64,000 nucleotides of DNA from Paraspadella gotoi (Eukaryota; Animalia; Chaetognatha): the NCBI GenBank assembly GCA_051294375.1, contig CM119263.1:5268740-5332739 (forward strand), written 5' to 3'. Shown here piece after piece: positions 36,801-49,489 of this stretch (within the stretch, counting starts at the first letter, position 1; each line of letters opens with the position of its first letter). The position numbers were made by a program, and so were the translations under genes. Below the pieces are notes generated by a model. That model did no database searches. It was not told the origin of the DNA and saw only the letters and a list, made by a program, of their open reading frames with translations.

Positions 36801-39800
36801 CCAACAGGTGGCGCAGAGATAGATGACGGGAATCTCGGCGGGATCGACCGGATCTTCCGGCGCTGGGGCCGCCCCCTCCTCTTTATTCTCGGCGTTTTCT
36901 GCTTTCGCTCCTTCGCCCAGCGACGTCTCGCTGATCGCCGAGAGGACAAGGACATCAGGCGTCGGAATCGTCGTCTCAGATGGCGGAATTATGAAGCTTT
37001 TTAACTTGCGCCGTCCTTAAAAAAAAAATGAACATAAACCAAATATGAGAGTGAATAAATTCAATCAACCTAAGACTTAATTGAATAAGTAAATTTATTA
37101 AAATCAATCCAACTAAAATAAAATATTTATTGAAATCAATCTAACTAGTTCATTCATTCCAATAAATCCAATCAGTTAAAAAAAATTAATACCGAGGACG
37201 AATTCCTGTTCGATCAAAGCCGTGCTCCACATGGGATGCAGGAAGAGCTTGTCCAGTTTGGCCATTCGCTCCTCACCTGCGCGAAAAAAAAAAACGGTCA
37301 GTGATTCGAGAGCCGAAGATCACGTGACGACACGCGATCACCGACTCACCCGAGATCCAAATGTGAACCGAGGCGAGAACCTGAGGGACCCAGAGCAACA
37401 GCGCCATTACCGCCACGTGGTGATGCTCGGCGCTTGCGTCGCGTGGAAACTCCGAGTAACGGGCCCCGACCATTACTTCTTCGGGAAGGAGTAGGTGTTC
37501 AGAGAAATATCTAAAGAGGAATTCACAGGACAATGTAATTAGCGCGCTCTCTGTCTGTAGATCTTCAAAAATAGTTTTTTCCTATTTTGTTTTTAATCAC
37601 TTCTCTTTTGGGTATTATAGTTCTTAAATGACTAAACCGATTTTATTTCAACTTACACGTATACATTCCCTTTTTAAATATTTATATTTATCATTAAAAT
37701 TGTTTAAAAACACATGCATGAAACTTGCGCAATTTAAGATTGTCCTTTTATGTACAGGAAAAAATAAAGAGTGTCAATCCGCTTGGTCTTGCTTTTAATT
37801 CAATGCCCAGATTGACCCTTCAATCTTCAATTCACTAACTAATTTAATAATTTCGTTTGTTTAGGATATCAGTACTATTGACAATAGTTTCTAAAATTTC
37901 CAAAATTATTGTAAAATTTTAATTGCGAACTGTATTTGTAAATGCCTCAAAGACATGAGAATTATGCTTAAATGTATTTTGTGTTGAAATAGGTTAAATG
38001 AGATATCAACAATATATTAGCACAGCGTTACACTATCACTGGCTTCCTATTGCAGCAGCAATTTGATCAGTTTACCTTTGGAGTCGTTTTACGAGAGCCG
38101 TAATTAGAATTTTGATAAAACATATTAAAACATAATAAAACATGATAATGAAACATTTTTTCACACTCATGCTAATATTTAAGAAAAAAAAATTTACTTC
38201 TTCAAATGAAATTTCCAAATGAATTTTTCAAATGAATTTTCCAAATGAATTTTCCAAATGAATTTTCCAAATTATTCTTAAAAGAGCGCGCGGAGCCGAT
38301 ATATCTTGATCTATCCCTCTCCTCTCTCTCACCTATTGGCGAAAAGCATCGCGAATATAAGAGAAACGGGAGTGGAAACGGAGAGCGGCAGCGCAAAGGA
38401 GAAAGGTTGCATGTGAAGTTTGCAGGCGAGAGTGGCGCAATAGTAAGCGAGGACGGAGCCTAGCAGGTGACTCCCAGCGAGAGTGAAGAAGACGCGACGC
38501 TCCTCGTCAGAGAATTCCTCGGCGAAAACGAAGGAAGAGTTGTTGGGCATGGAATCATTGGTGAGCATGGCCTCATCGGAATCTAGGATAGATAGGTCAT
38601 CGTCCATCGTTGGAAATATCGAGGCGTTGACGAGCGCGGAATGGTTGGCGCTGACGGTTAAATTGATAGCGTCGCTTGTAGGAATTGAACTGTTGGTGTC
38701 GCTAAAGATGGAAACATTAGCACGAGCGGCAGAAAGAGAACTGTTAACGTCGTCCTTAAAGATGGAATCGACGTCGCCACCGGAAAAAAATGAATCATTG
38801 ATTTCGTCTGTTGACGCGGCAATGGCATTGGCATCGTCTTCAACGATGGATGCGGAAACTAGATGTTTGGGCGGAAAAGATTCAATTGGGTCCGGAGGAG
38901 CATCGATGGCGGATGAGACGGTGCCGAGACCAAAGTACATCCCGAAACTGACGATGACGACCATGCTGACGACGCTGGACGGCAATAAGGATTGCGATAG
39001 AAAACCTAACCTTTCTTGTCATAAATCCTCACCTGGAAGCGAAATTAACGTTGCTTCTTTTCTTCTTCAATCGCTGCTTCAAATTGGCGACGGCGTCGGC
39101 CGCTCTGGACGGCAAAATCCAAGAGTCGACGTAATTCTCCCACCAGGAGAGAGAGATGCAGATCATGGCGACCGGCAGATGCCACGACATTCGTGGCCAA
39201 AATTTTCCCATTTCCAGGACGAAATCCGCGACGGAGAAGGGAAAGGGTCTTTCCCAAAAGGCGGAATGTTCACGCTCGGCGGACATTCGGTCTCTGGCCT
39301 AAGAATTTTATATCGATCGAAATAATATTATTTTTTTAGATTTAGATTTATTAATACAAAAAAAAAAAAACACCTGGATCAAAGCCAAGAAAAATATAAA
39401 AACGAAAAGTTGAGCGAGAAAGGAGAGAAGACTGGCAGTTCGATGTAGCAAAGCCCAAGGACAACCGCCTGTCAATTTGTCCGTTGATCGTGGTACCGCG
39501 GAGAGAAAATTGGGAACCAAACTAGCAGAACACATGATCAAGACGCTGGAGGAAAGAGGCGCCTAAGAGCAGGGGCGTGAGGGAAAAAATCGGCAATTTA
39601 TAAATAACAAATGAAACAAACTCAAAGGCCCAGGTTAACCTCCCATTACCAAGGGACATATCTTCGCCACCAACAAGACACATCCGAAAGCGTGCAATGC
39701 GTCGATGGCGACGACGAAGACGACGAGTCCGAACGCCGGCCATCGTTCTCCGTTGAATATGAGCCGTAAGAGGGAACGAAGGAAGCTCAGTAAGTGAGGG

Positions 39801-40537
39801 AGGCAGAGCAACACCAACAAACTGAAAATGAAAAAAAAGAATCAAAATTTTCCCCCCCTGGCCCCTGGATAAAAGAACCTGCAGAGCCAAAAGAAGTTAA
39901 CGTCGTAGGATTTTTTCCGTTGTATCATGTGTTTCGACATAAAAATCAGCGAGAGTTTCGAAGAAACTGTTCCCAACAAAGTGATTCCCGCGAAGGCGAC
40001 GTAAAATATGACCTGACGGTTCCAGGGATTAGATTGAACAGAAGGTGTATTGGTGTAATAAATTCAATCATTACAGTTATGAAATAGTAAAATATATTAT
40101 TACTTATAAAAAAAATCTTAAAAGCATAAGGATCGCATAAGAAAAATCTGGATTGACGACAAATTTTGATACTAAAAAAATAAAATTTGAGAAAAGAAAA
40201 TTAATTTATAAACAGAAAGAAAAATTCAATTTTGCGATTGTCAATTAAAAAAAATAATAAAGTACCGAAGAAAATTAAAGTTAGTTTCTGAAAAAAAAAT
40301 TTTCATTGACAATGAAAACATTTTTTTTGTCATTGTCAATTGTCAAAAAAAATAATAAAGTACAGAGGAAAATTAAAGTTACAGATTCTGAAAAAAAAAA
40401 AATAAATTTTCATTGTCAAAAAATTAACCGATCAGCAGACGCAGCCCCTGAGAAAAAAAGAAAGAAATAAAAACCCGATGTTGCGATAGCAAAATGATAA
40501 CATGCACGTTCAATCCTAATTCAATTTTTTTTTTAAT

Positions 40538-40568
<31 letters not shown>

Positions 40569-40913
40569 GAGACGATGACGACGACGACGCCGCCACTTAT
40601 GTGCAAAACCACAGCAATATCGTCGCAAACGCAAAGCGATTGCGACGATAAAAAACATTAAAAACTGTAAAACTCTAAAAAAAGCAACATATTGAATAAG
40701 ACGGGTAACATATTACATTGCAATTTATTTACTAAAATATGCAAATGAGATTTAACTCGCTAAAGAAATCTCCGCGATGATTACCTTGAGAATTTTGACC
40801 CCAATGTCAAAGACATCCTGAGCTTCGGACAAATCATGATCGTAAGTGCTGGACTCTCGGAAAATATCCCAAAAGTGAGTTTGCGCTAGACGGGTATTTC
40901 TCCTTTTCTTCAT
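31011..40913 (-). CDS. CHS: Metazoan-type chitin synthase, many exons
   Basis: WDIF N-terminal motif; multiple TM helices; TPYGGRL; IRHKKRWSQVMYMYFLLG; LDGDVDF; WYQMFEYAVAHWLQKAAEHVLGCVLCSPGCFSLFR; QYDQGEDRWLCTLLLQ; FNQRRRWIPST; SWGTRE. Confidence 0.96.
33822..33861 (+). repeat. (AAT)n microsatellite; (GA)n tracts also at ~11364-11410, ~13709-13773 and ~40544-40568
   Basis: Directly visible; all intronic. Confidence 0.95.
38200..38272 (+). repeat. 13-nt tandem repeat (caaatgaattttc)n in a CHS intron
   Basis: About five consecutive degenerate units. Confidence 0.85.
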
Positions 40914-41251
40914 GGCTCGGTTTGGGAGATCATTATTATGGCCTCTAATAAAACGAAAGGTAAACTAAGATAGCAAATTCTAGGATAAGAAAAAAATTCA
41001 AATGAAAATATTAAGCAGTGGATAAAAGTTAACTAATGCTAAACAGAAACAATAACAGATAATAAAAGACGTTAATAATTGTTTTCGATGCTCAGTTCCT
41101 GTCCAGAAAAAATTTGACGCTTTTTGCTGGACTTTTCGTCAACGAACCTTCCTCCTTTCTGCAGCCTTGGAAGTGGATTTGTCAATATTTATTTACAATT
41201 ATATTATAATTCTATTGTATTATTTCTTTTTTTTTTTCGTTGAGTTTAGCG

Positions 41252-41452
41252 ATTTAGAAAAAGTTTAAAATTTGTTTTCATCAACAATTTGTTTTATTAA
41301 ATATACGGACATGTTTCGACTCTTTTGGTTGCTACTACTACATCAACTGCTATTAACGCTGATGAAGACTCGCAACCAAAAGAGTCGAAACATGTCCTTA
41401 TATTTAATAAAACAAATCGTTGATGAAAACCAATTTCAAACTTTTTCTAAAT
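41252..41452. mobile_element. Inverted-repeat (~80-nt arms) remnant of a probable Penelope-like element
   Basis: 41252-41332 is reverse-complementary to 41372-41452. Contains a hammerhead core and AATAAA. A 15-nt direct repeat atattataattctat lies at 41201-41215 and 41451-41465. Confidence 0.7.
41351..41404 (+). ncRNA. Minimal type I hammerhead ribozyme motif
   Basis: CTGATGA (41359)-A-GACTC-loop-GAGTC-GAAAC-AT-GTC (41396): conserved core, 5-bp stem II, short stem III and a GUC cleavage triplet. Stem I is weak in this copy. Confidence 0.7.
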
Positions 41453-41531
41453 ATTATAATTCTATATTAAATACTAAAACAGTTTCATAAAAAATTATAG
41501 CCTATTTCACCACCGCATTCCGATTCGAAGC

Positions 41532-42874
41532 TCATTGCAAATGTGGACCTGAGTCAGAGGAAACTGAATTCGCCCTCGTCGTAGTTGTCGTTGTATTCTG
41601 CGAGCCTAACGGACCGAAAATCGCCGCTTCGTGCGTGGTAGCGGGTTCCGCTTTTTTCGCTTCTTCCATGTCACGCGCCGCTTCTTCCAATTCCTTCTTT
41701 AACAGGGGATCCCTGCAGTACCTCGCCAACTGGAATAGTCGACCGGGGAATCCGAGGCCCCAGGAGATGGAGATGTGACTCAAGAGAAGATTCGTCATTT
41801 GTCTTCGTCGGATGTGGAACGAGTTAAGAAAATTCACTCTCACAAGTTCACAACAACCACTCACACTCACCGCGTGGATTCGCTATCCCAGTGAATTCCG
41901 TCTTTGACCCTGTAACTCTGATAACCCCTGAACCAGTAGTGGAGGTCGACCACGTCGTAGTTGTGGGCGACCACAGCGTCGGAGGCGAATTTGTTCGCCT
42001 CCAAAATGTCGAGGCGCAAATTCATTTTGTCTTCGACCGAGACTTCGGCGACGAGGAAGCCGCCGTGGATCTTTTCGGGGTCAGAACTAAATGGGGGCGA
42101 GTAGAGGATGGGAAGTGAGGAAGGAGAGAGAGCGGGCGAAAAAGAGAAGTTGAAAGAGAAAGAGTAAAAAAGGTAAGAGAGGGTGAGAGATGATAATAGG
42201 GAGAGAGAAAGACAAGGAGAGAGAAACAGATTTTTAAAAAAATCAAAAAAACAACGTAAATAAAAGGCAAAGTTACTCACCTCAGCGGCAGCGTGGTATT
42301 CCAAATAAACATGCATCTTGGCGGGAGTATCTTCCTCATCTGATCCAGCATCGTATTCAAATCCTCCTTGTAAGTCCCCACCCCGCCCTGTCGCCCGTAA
42401 CGCGTCAAATCCCAAAGACATGAATTGACGATGACAACATCCGGGGGCTCTTCATCCTTGAGCAGCGGAACGACTCGATCTTCCCAATATCGATCCCAAA
42501 CGCGCGTGATGAAGATGAAGCGGACTTGGTGATGGGGAGTTTGGAAGAGGCGGTGCTCTCTGAGGGTGAGGAAGAGAGATAGTAATTAGTATGAGAGGAG
42601 AGTCAAAGATGAGCCTAAAAATGACTCGTGTCCCTCGCCTGTAATCTGTTCCATTGTGCAAAGGCCCGCTCAGTTCACCTCCTTCGAGCAGCTCGTCGCC
42701 CATATAACTCTTTTCGCCTTTGAGTTTGAGACCGAAGTAAGTGGAAAAGTAATTCTCTTGCAGCAAAGTGACAAAGTCTTTGTAAATTGTTCTTTGAACG
42801 CTGTCGCCGATGATCCAGACGCTCTTGTTGAGTAACAAGGCCTGCATGTCTTCGCTGAGAAATAAATCTCCCAT
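41532..42874 (-). CDS. PCED1: PC-esterase domain protein (FAM113/PCED1, SGNH fold)
   Basis: LLNKSVWIIGDSVQRTIYKDFVTLLQ..KGEKSY..LHNGTDYR; DLHYWFR..DGIHW. Confidence 0.9.
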
Positions 42875-43048
42875 GACGACTGAGAATAAAAAAAACGGAG
42901 ATCCGAGTGAAAAAAAATACAACAAAACGAATCCAAATAAAATTTGATATTTTTTTGTTCGCAACAAAAACGAAAAAAAGCGAAATGGAAGAGAGTAGGG
43001 CAGTGGCAGAAGGGGGGTGGGCTCGTGGCAAAATGGGGGTATGGAGCC

Positions 43049-44978
43049 TCAAACGGAGGCGCCGCAAATTTGCGTGGAGATTCCGCACAAGTTTTTGCCG
43101 ATTCTAATGTAAGCGAAACCCGAGTCGCCGAATGTCTTGCCCCAAGAGTTTCTGACGATGAAGAAGGGAATTCGCCCTGTGACGTCGTAGCCGACGATGG
43201 CGACGGCGTGATTCACGCGTGAGCCGCAATGATGTTGGATCACGCCGCCTGGCAAATAAATTATTATCGTTATTAATGATTTTTTTATATTACTAATAAC
43301 AAAACTGGTTAGCGAACCTAAATAATCTTGCCAGGAGGCGGCGTCGACGGCGGCGCTGACCGGACCTTGTTTGAAGATTCGCCGAACAATCTCCATTTCG
43401 TCCATGAAGTCGACGCAGTAGAAATCCTGAGAAGATCGAGAGGAAAAAGGGACAAATAATCAATAAACGTGATTTAAAACTGCGGGAGTATACATGGGTT
43501 GATAATAAAATAAAGTTTCACCGTTTCGAACCCATCAATCATTTTTGTACATCAATGTTTTGGTTGTGCCAATTTCAAGGTTGAACCAATGAACGTTGTT
43601 TGTCGTTCTTCGGCTCACCTTTATTTCCACGCCCCCTTTGGGATTTTCCGCTCGGCATTCCTGATCGACGTAACGCGTGGGATAATCCCATTCTGACAGC
43701 AACGATGTACGGACGCCGGTTTTGGCGCGAGTTTTGTTTAACCAAGAGAGGACGTCTATGGTGCATCGTTTAATTATAATAATAAATAATAAGAGTAATA
43801 AATTAACAATCTGTTGAGGGAACAATAGAAAAACGAACATACCAAGAGGGTTGCCTCCTTCGCAGCCGTGGCTATCGGGTGCGCAATCGAGAACCTCAAA
43901 AATTATCATTATCGGTTAATCATGAACTTGTCAATAAATAATCGTGTTGACAAAAAATACCTGTTGCACGCTGAGTTTTTTTGGACGGCAATTAGCTTTT
44001 AAGGTGTACATGGATTCTATGACCTCTACGGTGCTGATGGCGTAGCAGGCGCCGCAAAATCCTGAGACGAGGAAAAAACTTAATCATTGATGTTCATAAA
44101 AGTAATATCAGTTTATAATTCACCTTGATTTTTAATCGGTGTTATAATATTAAAATTTCGCCAATCCCATCGGAGGGGAATACCTTGCTTTCGTAAACCT
44201 CTCCTATAAATCCAGAAAAATAATGTTTGATGACATTATTCGCAAGTTTTAATTACCTTTTTCCTTTTTTAAATTTTCTTTTCAAATATAATATTTTTAA
44301 AAATTAAGTAAACTTAGTAAACTAAGTCTTAATAAGTATACGAAACTTAAGGTCAAGAATAAAAGTTGTTCTTTTGTTTCATTCGGTTTCAAAGAACTTT
44401 TATTTGAAAATTAACTTCCCCTTCCCGTCCCGAGACCTCAACACTCGGGAGGTAAGTTTCCGATGGCGACCAACTTTAAGAACCATCTTTGGTGCCGTCA
44501 TTTTGAGGTACATTTCTTTAAATTCTTTGGGTAATAAATCAGAAAATTGATTGATTCCGTAAATGGCACTTCCTCGAAATCCATCTATCCTTGGATAACG
44601 CATACTGAATGCTTCGCCTTAATTCAAACAATAATGTTAAAACTAGTGTCGCCCCAAAGCATCCAGAAAAAGACAGGAAAAACCTTTAACGCGTCGAGTC
44701 TTTATTTTTCGTTGAAAAATTTGAAATCTGTAAAAATAGTCGTCAGATCCGTAAACATAAGTCTTGTTGTACATCTTGATGAATTGATCGAACATAAATC
44801 GTTCTCTAGAAAAGGGATCGTGCCCATTCTCGAAACCGCCCAAGCGGACCTCGTTAGAGGCTTGTTGTTGTTGTTTTTCAACATTATCGTTCGCCCCGCT
44901 AAGAATTTTTCGCTCTTCATCGAGACGCCACATAAAAACCCATAAAATCAACAACGTCACAAAAACTTGATAAAACAT
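43049..44978 (-). CDS. CTSO: Papain-family cysteine protease, cathepsin O-like
   Basis: Propeptide GINQFSDL; WDWR; CGACYA catalytic Cys; SWQDYLGGVIQHHC; NHAVAIVGYD; RNSWG; GKNLCGI. Confidence 0.9.
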
Positions 44979-45182
44979 CTCTGCGAAATGTAAAATTCGA
45001 TGTAAAGAATACGTAATTGATATCGCGATATTCGCCACAGACCAACGGCCATAGATGCTTTCTTGAAAAGCAACCGGGGCCTTTATTCTTTGGCTTGGAA
45101 CATAATTAGAAAAGGAAATGACAAGTGCGACGTGATTTACAAATGAACAAAAAAGATCATGTCATCAAGGTTGTGTCATGAT

Positions 45183-46504
45183 TTACAACAAATGAATAAA
45201 AACGAGGAGAGAAAGGAACATATAAAAAATGAGGGGAGGACGAGAGGCGGAAGCTCTGCCAGGATCGGGTGTGGTCTTGGAGTGGTCGTGATCGGCGTGG
45301 TTTCCGCGAGAGTGGGCGTGGCCGGACTGGTCCGAGTCCTCGTCTTCTGCTTCTTCGTCGTTCGGTGGCGGAGTCGGGACTTGCGATCGCTCTTTCTTCG
45401 AAGAACGTTCCTCAATTTTCTCACAAGTTTTTCTTAACTGAAAAAAAATAAAGTAAAAATACTAGCTTTGACTTAATGAATTAGTAAATATAAGATGCAA
45501 AAACCTGGTTTTTGCTGAAACCGTTCTCGCAACGGCAAACGCAGGATTCGTTCAGCGAACACTTTTCGCCAATACCATTGATGCAGGCGACGTTGTCGCC
45601 GAAGCAAGGGACTCCGCCCTTCTCGCACTCGTTATCAAGGGTTCGCTTGGAGAGGCAAAGGGAACCGACTTGAAACAAACCCAAGGCTACGGAAAATTAA
45701 ACATTAATTATTTTTCTAAAAAAAATTATATAACAAGTGAAATAAAAACCTGTTTTGCAGACGCATTTATTATCGAGGCATTCGTAAAGCAAAGAGGATT
45801 TGCAGATCATATTGTCGTCGCAATATTCGCCCAAGCTCGCAGCTTCACAGTTCGCCTTTAAAACGGGGACGGTTTAGCGACGAAGCAGAACGCAAACTTT
45901 GAAGGATTCATCGTCAATCAGCACTTACCTCGCCAATTGGTTGACCCTTGATGCAAGAGCAAAGCTTCTCTTCACCGTCGCATCTGGCGTTGATGGGGCA
46001 ATCTTGGTGAGTCTCGCATTCGGGGTTGCTCACGATTCCGCCTTCGAAACCGAATGTCGTCTTTTGGCAAGAATTTCGCTCCAAGTGGAAACCTGGAACA
46101 AATTGTGTGGTTAAAAACGTGATTTAATTAATTCAATTCTATTTCATGATAATTAGATTCACGTCATACAATCCATAATATACCTCGATCGCATGAGTCA
46201 GGCATCGTCTCATTAGAAACTAGTTCTGGGTCAGTTTCTTGGAAATCAACCCTCAATTCCATGGCAACCAGTTCCTAATAAAGTTCGGCGAATGTATAAA
46301 AATCGGTTATAATTTATAGGATACAGTCCCCAATTATTATTATTCAGTACTTACGTCTTCGGGGTCCGGAATCTTATTGCTGATGGAGAAGTTGGAGTTG
46401 TTTCCTTCAGAATCGTTTGTGGAATCGTTACTCGGAATCAGGACGCCCAAATTCAGCTCATCCAAAAGAAGAAGAGCGACGGCGATAAAAATGGAGAAAT
46501 TCAT
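45183..46504 (-). CDS. Secreted Cys-rich (EGF/EB-like repeats) protein with a His/Asp-rich linker and hydrophobic C-terminus (probable GPI anchor)
   Basis: Signal peptide MNFSIFIAVALLLL; repeated Cys modules such as CSLNESCVCRCENGF; last exon ends HAHSRGNHADHDH...PLIFYMFLSLLVFIHLL*. Confidence 0.7.
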
Positions 46505-47010
46505 TTTATGCATTTTATAAGGTCGAGCAATTTCCTGCTAAAAATGATAGAAATGTTAGACATTTAAAAGTGGCATGGTTAGGCATAAAACACATAAGTT
46601 TTTGAATGATTTGTTGGTAGCTCGAGGGATACGCGCGCAATGTAATTAAAAGAAACAATCCATTAACGTCCACTAAACAGAAGCTGGTGTTTGCATCAAT
46701 TTCTTTTGAGAATAAATCGTAAAACGCAAAGAAAACAACTAAAAATAAACACGGGGGAAAAAAATGGGTGTAAAAACTTTAAAAAAATTATCATAGAAAA
46801 GCTGCTTTTAAATAACTAGAGACACTCCCATTTTGCCCACTTCAATAAAAAATATTTCAAGCACAAAAGCACGGAATACGTTATTAAATAACAAACAAAT
46901 TCACGTCGATGGCCGAGTTCGTTGCTCATTAAAAACTTAATCTACTTTAATTGAACAGTGATAAATACAATTATTTAGAGGAATCAAAATAATTCGTTAA
47001 AAAATCACTG

Positions 47011-49048
47011 CTAATCACGCTTCTTGATTTGACACATAATTTCCTCAGTGATCGTGTCAAGAAAACGGTCTGACAAAGCTTGTCTTAAAGATTCATACAC
47101 AATGAAGAACAATCCGCAGCCCGGAAAAGATCTGAGTTGGGGGGTAAAAAAGAGAACAATTGTCATTTTAAACCAATCAGATTTCGCATGCGCGAGAATC
47201 CCTTCATCGGCGACACTGAATCTGAGTGATATTCATAATAATAAAATGTACTTAAAATTATTAACGGAATTACTTCGAGAAATTAGAGAACCAGGTCCCT
47301 TTACCGTAACATCAAGGGCCAGATTCCCTTGTAAAGCGTGAGAAAGCCTTCCTCTCTTATGATGTGAAAGGCGACGTGTCTGGCTTTGGGTCGATGTAAC
47401 GTCATGTTTTGCAATCGAGACTTGACGACATCGAGGGGGTAGGAAGAGGCCCAGTGCATGATGCCGCCGATCCCGCCTGCATAAAAAAAAGACATGAATC
47501 GCAATTATGAGAATTCTTTGCGCCTCAAACGCTAAACTAAATGACAATAGGACCTGCTAAGAAAATTCTGGGATAGCTGATTTCTGATCTGAGGCAAAGA
47601 TCTGGTTGAAGCCAGTGCAAACTGAGCTCGTAAGAGCCGATGTAGAAGAAACCGCCAATTATATCTCGAAGCAATGCGGCATGTAGGCCTATCCACAATT
47701 GTAATATTTCAATTTAAAAATGAACTTTCTCTGCATTTTATGTCTATTTGAAAAATTATAAACTTTTCACACAAATAACGCTTTGGCTTTTGTTCTCTCC
47801 GACTTTTAAAATTTACCCGCATTAATTGCGGCGCAACACTCGCTAACTTTTAATAGTAAACAAAAGATAAAATCTTGTTTTATTATTCGTTCTTTTCCTT
47901 GTAAATCATTCAATATTTTCATTAATTTTCTTTCATACTCTGATTTTTAGCCATTTTTAATAATTGACACTAAATTAAAAGCAGCTCAATTTTACTTTCG
48001 CCGATTTTGGCGTCTTTTGAAAAACCACTTAAAATACCAAAAATACTTAAAAATATAAGAAAAAGTACATTTAATTTTTTCAGAAAAGTTTTACTTCTTT
48101 CAACATAATTATAATAACAGGAAAATAAGTAGAAGACGACCTCACAGCTTTGGAAATTCGAACCTTTAAACATAGCGGATCGTCCTTCATGACTGACGAT
48201 TTCGCGAAAGACTCGATTAGCCGGCGGCTTGAAATCCACCTGACCCTTGACGTTGGCCCCGGCTCGCTCGGCCCCTTTGGCCAAAATATTTTCCCTCATG
48301 ACTTGCATTCTGCACTTAAGGACTTCGAAAGGCGTCATCGACGTTGCGGAGAAGATGGAAGCGATGCTACCCGCACAGGCTAGCAAACAACCAATCTCAA
48401 TCAAGACAAGTAATTTTGCAAGCTATAACCAGTAATTTAACGTAATTGAACCGACCAAAATGAAATGGTGTGAAATCTTGTGTTGGAACATTGAAAAACG
48501 GCGAAATAAAACTTTTCTGGGCCATTGGATAAGCGAAAAATAATACTGCGGCTTCGACAACGACGACAGCTAAATTTGGACTACAGGGATAAAAAACGAT
48601 GAAAATAATTCATAACCATACCAACATACGTAAACAACTTTCCTGAGACCAGAATAAATTCCTAATAATCCATCCAATTTCCAAGTTTTCTTCAGACAGT
48701 CCGTAGCATTTTTGTACAAATTAGGATACAACTGAAGTTTAGTTTTCACGGTATCGAGAGGTTGTCCAGCGAGTACATTTGTTGCCCCTCCGCAACAACC
48801 TGATACTATTGACTAAAACGGTAATAAAACGTAGTAATGGAGATACTAACTGAGATACCTAGGTTAATAACCATTTCAAGAGCGTAATTTTTCCTGCGCT
48901 CTCTTGCCAACTGCTGTTGTAACGCTATTTCCTCACTGGTCGCTTCATGGGGCGCACTTTTGGAAGTATCAGTTACGCTCATTTGTAAATTCGTGTCTTT
49001 TGATTTTGCAGGGAAGTAAATCAGTGAGGGATACACAAAATGCGGCAT
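47011..49048 (-). CDS. SLC25A15: Mitochondrial carrier, ornithine-transporter-like (start at 49048 or 48982)
   Basis: Three Px[DE]xx[KR] signatures: GQPLDTVKTKLQ, TPFEVLKCRMQ, YPLDVVKSRLQ; C-terminal LRSFPGCGLFFIVYE. Subfamily call is tentative. Confidence 0.75.
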
Positions 49049-49489
49049 TCTAAAGAGCTGAAAAGTTTGAAGAAGGTTCTCTAACTCGACCTTGTTTTTG
49101 GCTTAATGACAAAGCCAAGTTTCCGCAAAAAAAGTCATTTATTTAACGATTACATTGTTCCCAAAACTGATAATGAAAACATATTTTTGGCAAATAAGTT
49201 AAAAATGAAAAAACATGATTACAATCTCATAAATAAATATTTTACTTTACCCCTTAATTACTAACCTAATTACTAACGAGACTAATCGAAATATAATACG
49301 GCTAATTAATATCAAAACCGGTTAACCGTTACATATCCTTCACCGATTTGGGGCAATCGTTAATCAAAATGAGAAAAATAACAACTTAACAAAAATTAAG
49401 CAGAAAATAGATACCGAAATCAAAATACAAGAGGGAAGAAGGGGAAAAGTGTAATTTAAACCTTGACATGGGTTGAGGGCGTGGAGTAA

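Noticed and set aside
46256-46268. X-box-like ATTCCATGGCAAC
   Set aside because: It lies within a coding exon and the left half-site is imperfect.
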